From Deltaproteobacteria bacterium TL4 (GTDB lineage Bacteria; SAR324; NAC60-12), in assembly GCA_051382335.1 (NCBI GenBank), contig JBBCAX010000132.1:1-15910 (forward strand): a stretch of DNA of 15,910 bases, given 5' to 3'. This document shows positions 1 through 7,493 of the stretch, piece after piece. The position numbers were made by a program, and so were the translations under genes. A model generated the notes under the pieces. It did no database searches. It worked only from the letters and a program-made list of their open reading frames with translations, and was not told the origin of the DNA. Numbering within the stretch: the first letter of the stretch is position 1; every line of letters starts with the position of its first letter.

Positions 1-62
1 AGGAAAACGATCTAGGCTTCGCTACGTGATTGAATCACTAAGTCGAATCGATCTATTTTCCT
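1..62. repeat. Imperfect long palindrome (may extend beyond the left edge)
   Basis: AGGAAAA(1-7)/TTTTCCT(56-62), GATC(9-12)/GATC(50-53), TTCG(18-21)/CGAA(44-47), GTGATT(26-31)/AATCAC(33-38) are nested complements. Confidence 0.5.
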
Positions 63-326
63 CCAAAACGCTTGGGTTCCTTAAACAAAAATACTAATTC
101 CTTGTTATTAAAACAAGATACAAGTCGAAGGGGCGTTGGCGAAATACTGACGATGGCCGAAAACAGGTTCCCGCCAAATTTTTTGGTTTCATCAAAATCT
201 GTTATTTTAGAGTTGTGTAAGGGGGTATCTTCCTGATACAGAAAATGTAATGCGAAAAGAACCGGATTGTTGCTTTTAATTTGCATTGAACATCTAACGC
301 TTCAGCCTTCTATAAGGAGTACAGAC

Positions 327-1844
327 GTGACCTTTATTTTACCACCTCAAACTTGTAATGATGACCAACAATTACGAAGGGTTGGTTTTGAAATTGAATT
401 TGCAGGACTTGATTTTCAAGATGTTGCCAAGATGATCGTTGAACTTTTTGGGGGAACTCATGTGGATGACGACCGTTTCGAGAATAAAGTGGTCGACACA
501 CAATATGGAAATTTCACCTTGGAAATCGACTGGAGTGCGTTAAAAAACAGAAGTTATGAGGAATTTCTGGGAAACTTGGGCATTACGATCAACGATGTGA
601 CCATAAGGCAAAATATTGAAGAGTTTTTAATCAAAATGATCAAACCCTTGATCCCCGCAGTCTTGTCGTCGCATCCATTACTGATCAACGAATCCAGTAC
701 TGCCGATATTTTGCGGTCCTTGTTCAAAGAACAGGATGCGTTTCTAAAAAAATTTGGAATTCGACTGGATGAACTCATCAAGCTCTCTGATGTTGAGAAA
801 AACTTAAATAAATTTCTGACTTCAACCATTAACGATTATTTATCCTCCCTCATCTTTCCATCAAATCAGGGGGATTTGGTTAAAACGGTCAGAAATGAAA
901 TAAAAGCCCAAAAGAAAGTACTGAAAAAAATTGGGATCCATCTTGAAAAAATTCCGATGATTGCTGAGTTGGAAGCGTTTTTCTACTCGATGTTTACCTC
1001 CTCTATTGGGGATATTCTCTCGGCGCCTCCGCTCTCACTCGAGGAATTTGATGCTGTTAAAAGTTTACGCGCCATGTTGGATGAACAAGAAGAATTTTTA
1101 AAACGTTTTAATATCTCCATTGGTGACATTTCAATTAAATCCACAGTCGAAGAGTTTTTAGCCAGAGTCGCCTCAACCGTTGTTCCCTATGAAATCACAA
1201 CGCCGCCCTTTCCCATCGATAAGTTAGCAGAAATGGAAAAACTTAGAAAAGTGATGCAGGAAAATAGTGCTTTAGGAACCACGGCCTCAATCATTTACGC
1301 TTTTGGCTTACATATCAATCCTGAAGTTCCAAGTATGAAGGCGGAGTCTTTGTTGAGACATATCCGGGCCTTCATCCTCCTCTATGAGTGGATCTTTGAA
1401 GAATCGGAAGTAGCTATTTCCCGTCGCCTCTCACCCTATATTGACGAATTTCCGAAAGCGTATTGCAGGTGGGTTCTTGAGCCTTCTTACAATCCTACCA
1501 TGGATGAACTCATTGATGATTACTTGAAACATAATCCCACAAGAAATCGTCCGTTGGACATGCTCCCTGTTTTCACTTTAATCAATAAAAAGAAAATAAG
1601 AAGGCAATTAAAAGACGAAAAAATCAATCCTCGACCTACGTTCCACTTCAGACTTCCCAATTGCCTTGTTGATATTGCGAGTTGGACCATCGCCCAGGAA
1701 TGGAATCATTGGGTTCAGGTGGAACGCTTAGCGGCTGATCCCAGAGCGATCCAGATCTTGAGTAAAAAATATCTAAAACTAAACAAAAAGCACTTTAATC
1801 GAAGAAAATGGGCAAAAAAAATGAAAAAATGGATACAGTCTTAA
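327..1844 (+). CDS. Putative amidoligase (COOH-NH2 ligase, Amidoligase_2-type) with internal tandem repeats
   Basis: Motifs RRVGFEIEFAG, PYEITTPP, YAFGLHINPE, NPTRNRPLDMLP, PRPTFHFRLPNC. GTG at 327 follows an AAGGAG SD (314-319) and is preferred over the ORF-track start at 267. Adjacent to a C26 GATase, a usual partner. Confidence 0.85.
   Translation: MTFILPPQTCNDDQQLRRVGFEIEFAGLDFQDVAKMIVELFGGTHVDDDRFENKVVDTQYGNFTLEIDWSALKNRSYEEFLGNLGITINDVTIRQNIEEFLIKMIKPLIPAVLSSHPLLINESSTADILRSLFKEQDAFLKKFGIRLDELIKLSDVEKNLNKFLTSTINDYLSSLIFPSNQGDLVKTVRNEIKAQKKVLKKIGIHLEKIPMIAELEAFFYSMFTSSIGDILSAPPLSLEEFDAVKSLRAMLDEQEEFLKRFNISIGDISIKSTVEEFLARVASTVVPYEITTPPFPIDKLAEMEKLRKVMQENSALGTTASIIYAFGLHINPEVPSMKAESLLRHIRAFILLYEWIFEESEVAISRRLSPYIDEFPKAYCRWVLEPSYNPTMDELIDDYLKHNPTRNRPLDMLPVFTLINKKKIRRQLKDEKINPRPTFHFRLPNCLVDIASWTIAQEWNHWVQVERLAADPRAIQILSKKYLKLNKKHFNRRKWAKKMKKWIQS
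558..1265 (+). repeat. Four in-frame tandem 177-bp (59-aa) diverged repeats inside the amidoligase
   Basis: Units 558-734, 735-911, 912-1088 and 1089-1265 align without gaps: EEFLGNLGI / DAFLKKFGI / KKVLKKIGI / EEFLKRFNI at the start, and LRSLFKEQ / VRNEIKAQ / LRAMLDEQ / LRKVMQEN at the end. Confidence 0.85.
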
Positions 1845-2632
1845 ATAAAAGAAAACCCTTGATTGGCGTAACCGGACCCGAAAATGGGGGGGAGGTAACC
1901 TGGTTTCTCACAAAATACATGATCTGGCGTCAAGGAGGACGTTCCGCCAGGATTACCCCGAATACCCCTCTACCGTTGGAGTCGTTTGATGGTTTAATCC
2001 TTGGCGGCGGCGCTGATATTAATCCTGAATTGTACTCTGAGCTTAAAATTCTTGCAACGCCCAAAGTCACTCATTCCCGCGCTTGGCCCAACTTCCTGCT
2101 GAGGCTTTATAGCTTTTTGATTTATCCCTTCAGACTTATAGGGCGCATCTTCGTTGCCTACAAACCTGATTTTTCTTATGATCCAGAGCGGGATGAATTT
2201 GAACTGAGCTTGATTAGAAAGGCCCTTGAAAAAAAAATTCCCATTTTAGGAATTTGTAGAGGGGCTCAACTCCTGAATGTTTTTGAGGGTGGGAGCTTAT
2301 TTCAGGAGATCGGTAATTTCTACACAACAAGCCCTCATAAATACAGTATTTTACCTTTCAAAACCGTTATGCTGATACCCCAAAGTCAATTATCACGCAT
2401 TTTTAAAACCAATAAACTTTACGTCAATTCTCTGCATCATCAAGCGATTCAGCAAACAGGGAGTCAGATGAAACCTGTAGCCAAAGAAGAAAATGGCATC
2501 ATTCAAGCCATTGAACATCGAAGCCTTCCTTTTGTGATTGGAGTCCAGTGGCATCCCGAATACATGCCTCAAGACCCCAAGCAGCACCTATTATTCAAAG
2601 CTTTGATACAAGCCGTTTCCTCATCACAATAA
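1829..2632 (+). CDS. Peptidase C26 / class I glutamine amidotransferase (gamma-glutamyl-gamma-aminobutyrate hydrolase family, PuuD-like)
   Basis: PLIGVTG, GLILGGGADINPELY, ERDEFE, LGICRGAQLLNV (catalytic Cys), VNSLHHQAI, GVQWHPE (His/Glu). Overlaps the amidoligase stop. Start could be 1808 or 1829. Confidence 0.9.
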   Translation: MDTVLNKRKPLIGVTGPENGGEVTWFLTKYMIWRQGGRSARITPNTPLPLESFDGLILGGGADINPELYSELKILATPKVTHSRAWPNFLLRLYSFLIYPFRLIGRIFVAYKPDFSYDPERDEFELSLIRKALEKKIPILGICRGAQLLNVFEGGSLFQEIGNFYTTSPHKYSILPFKTVMLIPQSQLSRIFKTNKLYVNSLHHQAIQQTGSQMKPVAKEENGIIQAIEHRSLPFVIGVQWHPEYMPQDPKQHLLFKALIQAVSSSQ

Positions 2633-2651
2633 CTCCTTTGGAGGGACGGCT

Positions 2652-4199
2652 TTACTGTAGCGGTCGATCCAGATTGCGATACTGGATGGCTTCTCCAATA
2701 TGCGGACTGTCAATAGTATCCGTTCCCGCTAAATCCGCGATAGTCCGCGCAACTTTCAAAATTCTATCATAGGCCCGGGCGCTCAGTCCCATTTTAGTCA
2801 ACGCATTTTCCAAAAGCTTTTGTGCGGCAGTTGTCGGAGTCGCATGTTTTTCTAACTCCTTACGGGTCATATTCGCGTTATTTCGAGTGTTTGAGTTCTT
2901 AAAGCGATCCAGTTGACGTTGTCGTGCCTGGATCACACGGGTCCTGATGATTTCTGAGGACTCACCCTTTCGTTCATCGGAAAGCTCTTTATACTCCACA
3001 GCCGGAACCGACAATTGAATATCGATTCGGTCCAGTAAAGGCCCTGAGATTTTGGCATGATATTTTTGGACTTGGAAGGAGGTACATCGACATTCCTGTT
3101 TTTTCCCCTGGTTTTTAGTTTCTGTCCCCCAGTAGCCACAAGGGCAGGGATTCATAGCCGCCACCAACATAAACTCGCAAGGAAATTCCAATGATATTGC
3201 CGCTCTCGCAATCACAATCCGACGGTCTTCCAACGGTTGCCGAAGTAATTCCAAAATGTTTCGTGGAAATTCAGGCAGTTCATCAAGGAACAAAATTCCA
3301 TTATGAGCCAATGAAATTTCTCCTGGACCAGGAATACTCCCGCCGCCGACCATCCCCGCATGAGAAATTGTGTGATGGGGATGTCGAAAAGGACGTGTCG
3401 CGAGAAGGGGAGTTTCCGGAGAGAGAACGCCGGCTATGCTATGGATTTTGGTGATTTCGAGCGCCTCATCAAACGTCGCTTGCGGGAGAATGGACACAAT
3501 CCGGCGAGCCAACATCGTTTTTCCAGACCCGGGAGGCCCCAGCAAAAGCAGGTTGTGATTTCCACTCGCTGCGACTTCCATGGCCCGTTTTACATGCTCC
3601 TGACCTTTCACATCCTGAAAATCTTCACTATAATGGCGTTGTCGTTCAAAAAGCCCCTCCGTATCATATTCTGTGTGAGGTAATTCTTTTTCACCCCGTA
3701 AAAACAGGACCACATCGGCAAGATTTTCGACAGGATGTCGTGTGATTTCCGCAACAACCGCAGCCTCTGCTTCATTTTCTTTCGGTAAAATCAATCCCTG
3801 TTTTTCATGTTCCTTTGTTGCGATCGCAATCGGTAATACTCCTCGGATCGGACGTATTCTGCCATCCAAAGACAACTCTCCAACAACCATATAAGATGCT
3901 AGTTTTTCAACAGGAAACGCCCCCATTGCTCCCAACACGGCGACCGCAATTGGCAAATCAAATCCTGAACCCATTTTACGTATATGCGCCGGAGCCAAAT
4001 TGACGACTACTTTGCGAATAGGAAAATCAAAACCACTGTTTGTGATTGCTGCCATCACGCGATCACGACTTTCTTTGATGGTTCCATCAGGAAGTCCCAC
4101 AATGTTAAACTGAGCCAGCCCAAAAGAAACATCCACTTCAACTTCAATGGGATACGCGTCAATCCCTAAAACCGTCGATGAAAATGTTTTAGCAATCAT
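2652..4199 (-). CDS. comM: YifB/ComM Mg-chelatase-like AAA+ ATPase
   Basis: IVGLPD, ESRDRV, VNLAPA, GSGFDLPIA, GELSLDG, Walker A GPPGSGKT, RPFRHPHHT, PGEISLAHNGILFLDELPEF, NPCPCG, ISGPLLDRID, LSARAYDRILKVARTIADL. Confidence 0.97.
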   Translation of the reverse strand: MIAKTFSSTVLGIDAYPIEVEVDVSFGLAQFNIVGLPDGTIKESRDRVMAAITNSGFDFPIRKVVVNLAPAHIRKMGSGFDLPIAVAVLGAMGAFPVEKLASYMVVGELSLDGRIRPIRGVLPIAIATKEHEKQGLILPKENEAEAAVVAEITRHPVENLADVVLFLRGEKELPHTEYDTEGLFERQRHYSEDFQDVKGQEHVKRAMEVAASGNHNLLLLGPPGSGKTMLARRIVSILPQATFDEALEITKIHSIAGVLSPETPLLATRPFRHPHHTISHAGMVGGGSIPGPGEISLAHNGILFLDELPEFPRNILELLRQPLEDRRIVIARAAISLEFPCEFMLVAAMNPCPCGYWGTETKNQGKKQECRCTSFQVQKYHAKISGPLLDRIDIQLSVPAVEYKELSDERKGESSEIIRTRVIQARQRQLDRFKNSNTRNNANMTRKELEKHATPTTAAQKLLENALTKMGLSARAYDRILKVARTIADLAGTDTIDSPHIGEAIQYRNLDRPLQ

Positions 4200-4404
4200 A
4201 ATCTATCTTTCAAGGTATACTTTGAACGGGTGTATTTTTTACTTCCTTGCTCACAAAAAACTTTTTGAGATTTTAAACCTCCAAAATAAAAGTAAAAAAT
4301 AAAACGCTCCTTTACAAGATAATTCACATGATGTTCTTATTCTGCAGATAAAAGTGCAAGGACAATCGGTTCAAATCCAAGACCCCTGAATGAAATTTTC
4401 ATGT

Positions 4405-4451
4405 GGAGTGCAAGTCGGAGTGCAAGTCGGAGTGCAAAAGCTTGCTTTTGC
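4405..4451. repeat. 12-bp tandem repeat GGAGTGCAAGTC x2 plus a partial copy running into a hairpin (REP-like)
   Basis: Copies at 4405-4416, 4417-4428 and partial from 4429; GCAAAAGC(4434-4441)/GCTTTTGC(4444-4451) inverted repeat. Confidence 0.75.
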
Positions 4452-4485
4452 CAAAAAACCTGATTTTTCCTCACGAGGAATAATC

Positions 4486-4514
4486 TTGTTCTCATTTGCC
4501 CCCTATGTTAGATT
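4486..4514 (+). promoter_or_regulatory. Candidate sigma70 promoter for the rpn gene
   Basis: TTGTTC-17 bp-TAGATT with an extended -10 TG; pattern match only. Confidence 0.35.
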
Positions 4515-4635
4515 TAAACTGACTTGAGCGTCGTAGTTTATGAGTCGTTAAGACCTCTGAAGTTTAGGATTCATGAGTAGACACAGAGAATTATGTTTTG
4601 AACTTTCAAGTGTTTTATCTGTTAAGGAGTCCTTT

Positions 4636-5562
4636 ATGAAATTTGTGGATGTAAAAAATGATGTCGCTTTTCGCAAAATCTTTGGTAACGAAAACAAAAA
4701 GGAGATTCTTATTTCGTTTCTGAATGCGGTTCTGGACTTGTCAGTGGATAACGCCATTGAAAGCATTACCTTGCTCAATCCTTATCAGGCTCCGAAAGTT
4801 GAGATTTTAAAAGAAACCATCCTGGATATTCAGGCCAAAGATAAGCGGGGAGTCAAGTTCATTGTGGAAATGCAGGTAGAGCATCAGACTGGATTTGAAA
4901 AAAGAGTCCAGTATTACAGCAGCAAAGCTTATGTCTCCCAAATCGAGAAGGGTCAGAATTATCCCAAACTCAATCAGGTCCTATTTATCGGAGTCCTCGA
5001 CTTCAACATCTTTGAAGGGGAAAATTATCTGAGCAAACACCTCATTTTAGATACCAAAACTTTCCAGCAGCAGCTTAAAGATTTGGAATTCACCTTTATA
5101 GAACTGCCTAAGTTTCAGATTGAGGAAAATGAATTAAACACAGTGATTGATAAATGGATCTACTTTATTAAAAACGCGGAAAATCTGGAAATGGTTCCTA
5201 CCAATACAGATTTCATGGAATTACAGGAAGCTTATGAAGAAGCCTCTCAATTTAAGTGGAGCAAAGAAGAGTTGGAAATCTATGATTACCGTTCCATGAG
5301 AATACAGGATGAAAAAGGCTCGGTGGACTATGCCATGAAAAAAGGCATTCAAATAGGAGAGCAAAAGGGATTGGAAAAAGGATTGGAAAAAGGATTGGAA
5401 AAAGGATTGGAAAAAGGATTGGAAAAAGGGGAATTGATTGGTGAAATCCGCACAATGCAACGAATCATGAAACAAAAAATCACTGCCAAAGAAAACCTGG
5501 TTCAAAAAAGCGTAAAAGAATTGAAAGAGTTTCTCATTCAACTTGAAGCTCCCTTGAGTTAA
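4636..5562 (+). CDS. Rpn family recombination-promoting nuclease / putative transposase (PD-(D/E)XK, PDDEXK_2-type)
   Basis: NDVAFRKIFG, LISFLNAVL, LDIQAKD, IVEMQ, KRVQYYSSKAY, FIELPKF, DKWIYFIKNA, C-terminal (GLEK)n. ATG 4636 follows an AAGGAG SD. Confidence 0.93.
   Translation: MKFVDVKNDVAFRKIFGNENKKEILISFLNAVLDLSVDNAIESITLLNPYQAPKVEILKETILDIQAKDKRGVKFIVEMQVEHQTGFEKRVQYYSSKAYVSQIEKGQNYPKLNQVLFIGVLDFNIFEGENYLSKHLILDTKTFQQQLKDLEFTFIELPKFQIEENELNTVIDKWIYFIKNAENLEMVPTNTDFMELQEAYEEASQFKWSKEELEIYDYRSMRIQDEKGSVDYAMKKGIQIGEQKGLEKGLEKGLEKGLEKGLEKGELIGEIRTMQRIMKQKITAKENLVQKSVKELKEFLIQLEAPLS
5368..5427 (+). repeat. Perfect 12-bp tandem repeat GGATTGGAAAAA x5 (encodes GLEK x5)
   Basis: Five identical in-frame copies read directly. 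Confidence 0.97.
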
Positions 5563-5590
5563 ATTAGCGCACTTCGTGCGGACTTTCCGA

Positions 5591-5699
5591 CTCGTTCCCA
5601 AGCTCCGGCTTGGAAATGCCTTAACTGAAGCTCCAGCTTCATTCCAAGGAAGCAGAGCGTCCATGTTGTTGAGTTCCCAAACTGGAGCTTGGGAACTAG
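5591..5699. repeat. REP/MITE-like palindromic element (about 109 bp)
   Basis: Terminal inverted repeats 5591-5616 and 5674-5699 match 22/26; each arm is itself a hairpin; internal GAAGCT-CC-AGCTTC hairpin. Confidence 0.85.
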
Positions 5700-5803
5700 A
5701 AAATGGAAATTCCTATAAGAGATTAAATTCAACATTAGCAAGTCAACATTTCGCGACAGCGACTAGTTTCAATGTTGTTAACTTTAAGCGAGACTGAATA
5801 AAA

Positions 5804-7315
5804 ATGGGAAATACTCTTCTGGATTTTTCTCCGGATGCATTTGGAGGAAAGGAAATGATCTTTGACAAGTCTTGGAAAATTCCAGTAGGTGTGACCACGC
5901 TGGAGATAAAAGACTTAAAATTGTACATTTACTCCGCCAAACAGAGAAAAAAAGGAAAAAATAGGGCAAGGCTGAGCTGTATATTGCGGTTGGGGGCAGA
6001 AGAAATCCAGGTGGATTATGGTATCCCTGGTGAAATGGAAGTCCGCATAGGAGGGGTTGAGGTTGCCAAGGGGCTTTCCTTTGAACACGCCGGGGTACGG
6101 TTGGAGGCTTCGGGAAGTCGAATAGCCGTTGCCGTTTTTGGCACCTTATTATTGGAGTTAAAAGACACGTTGCGTTTTACCTCAGAACTCAGTGTTGAAC
6201 CCAATGGAACCAGCATCGCAGGAACGTTGCAAGAGGAGTGGATCAACCCTTTTGGAATTCAAGGTGTTTCTCTTAAAGATGTGGCTTTGACAATTGGGAC
6301 CAGTTTTCAAGGGATCCCTACAGTCGGCTTGTCAGGAAAGTCCAAGATTGGGAAATTTGAAGGCTCGCTTGGACTCTTATTCAATTCAAAAAATCCTTCC
6401 GCCAGCATGCTTAGCCTTGAATACAATAAACTCCCCCTTCAGACTTTATTTGATAGACTCCTTTCTTCCAAAGTTGAAGCTAAAATTCCTCAAGAAATGC
6501 GTCAACTGTTGGGAGAGGGCTTTGAAGACGTTGTCCTTTATTTAGTGCCACAAACCACATCCATTGGCGAGATTTGTTATGAAGCGGGATTGCATTTGAA
6601 GGGCACATTGAAACTCTTGGGAATGCAAGGGCAAGCTGAAGCTAAAATTATGTATTCTTCCGGGATTTTGGCCTATGGCGCGCTCTCGCCTGTCAAACTC
6701 GGTCAAACCGCGGAGGGACACTCTTTGTTTCAGTTGACTGGCGCTCAAACCAATTTGTTTAAACTCGATCCATCCGTTGAAAAACTGTTACCTTCTCCCA
6801 CAGGAGGACCGCAATTTCGAATTAGTCTGAATACAGAGGAAAGCCCCACTATTTTGCTCAGTGCCCGGATTGAATTTTTGAATCTCTTTCACCAGGAAAC
6901 TCTGATTAATCTCACTACCACGGGAGCTGTATTCACACTCACGTATAAAGAAAAATTTACTTGGCTTACATTGGGTTGTGTTTTAAAGCATAATGAATTT
7001 CAGAGCAAAGGATCATTTGGAATGAAGTTGAAGCGAAATATTAGGATCAAAGATCCCATCACCAAGAGAGAATTGACTCAAATCAGTTTGGATACTGAAC
7101 TATTGGGGGAAATGGAAATACAAATTGGACCTCGTATTTTTACTTCAATTGTGGGGCACTTTAAATGGAATGGAGTCGAGTTGGAAATACCGAAAATGAC
7201 CTTAACGGATCTGCCAACTGATGTTGAAACCCTTCAAAAACTTATTATGGATGCTATTCTGGAGCAGGCCCACAGCCTTTTCAGTCCTCGCTTGTTCAAT
7301 AAATCGAAGACTTAG
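5804..7315 (+). CDS. Hypothetical beta-strand-rich protein (503 aa; alternative start 5855)
   Basis: Long ORF with alternating hydrophobic/polar Gly-rich segments (EWINPFGIQGVSLKDVALTIG, IGEICYEAGLHLKGTLKLLG), no clear signal peptide or TM helix; GGAGG SD 7 nt before ATG 5855. Confidence 0.85.
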   Translation: MGNTLLDFSPDAFGGKEMIFDKSWKIPVGVTTLEIKDLKLYIYSAKQRKKGKNRARLSCILRLGAEEIQVDYGIPGEMEVRIGGVEVAKGLSFEHAGVRLEASGSRIAVAVFGTLLLELKDTLRFTSELSVEPNGTSIAGTLQEEWINPFGIQGVSLKDVALTIGTSFQGIPTVGLSGKSKIGKFEGSLGLLFNSKNPSASMLSLEYNKLPLQTLFDRLLSSKVEAKIPQEMRQLLGEGFEDVVLYLVPQTTSIGEICYEAGLHLKGTLKLLGMQGQAEAKIMYSSGILAYGALSPVKLGQTAEGHSLFQLTGAQTNLFKLDPSVEKLLPSPTGGPQFRISLNTEESPTILLSARIEFLNLFHQETLINLTTTGAVFTLTYKEKFTWLTLGCVLKHNEFQSKGSFGMKLKRNIRIKDPITKRELTQISLDTELLGEMEIQIGPRIFTSIVGHFKWNGVELEIPKMTLTDLPTDVETLQKLIMDAILEQAHSLFSPRLFNKSKT

Positions 7316-7425
7316 TTTCCACTTCAAACAACATGGGAACGTAGGGTTCATCCGACTATGATCCATGTTCAGCTTAGTACCTTAGACGTTAAATTCTGCT
7401 CAGAAATACAAGAAAAAAATATTTA

Positions 7426-7493
7426 GCCACAGAGACGCAGAGCCACAGAGAATTTTTTTAAAATTTTTCTCTGAGCCTCTGTGTCTCTGTGGC
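7426..7493. repeat. Palindromic element with arms of three 8-bp CAC/CGC-AGAG units
   Basis: Arms 7426-7452 and 7467-7493 match 24/27 as inverted repeats around an A/T spacer; lies within a segment bounded by direct CAGCTTAG repeats (7370-7377, 7522-7529). Confidence 0.9.

Noticed and set aside
267..326. N-terminal 20 codons of the ORF-track amidoligase
   Set aside because: No SD before TTG 267; strong AAGGAG before GTG 327, where family-like sequence begins.
2933..4169. Short alternative-frame and antisense ORFs inside comM (similarly inside nth, lysC, the lyase and bestrophin)
   Set aside because: Fully overlap well-supported genes and show no motifs.
4573..4635. ORF-track extension of rpn
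   Set aside because: SD and family-like sequence begin at ATG 4636.
5368..5427. Possible CRISPR array (also 4405-4437)
   Set aside because: Repeats are 12 bp, contiguous and spacer-less; no cas genes.
4636..5562. rpn as an intact insertion sequence
   Set aside because: No matching terminal inverted repeats or target duplication; the two flanking repeats are unrelated to each other.
5221..5664. Minus-strand ORFs with FFQS and ILFP repeats
   Set aside because: Antisense shadows of the 12-bp GLEK repeat and the neighbouring palindrome.
5731..5800. Possible riboswitch (CAACATT/AATGTTG stem with TCGC-GACA-GCGA hairpin)
   Set aside because: No recognisable aptamer consensus; pairing is short and AT-rich.
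7330..7369. Terminator after the 503-aa gene (AACATGG/CCATGTT)
   Set aside because: Large irregular interior and no U-tract; not supportable as an intrinsic terminator.
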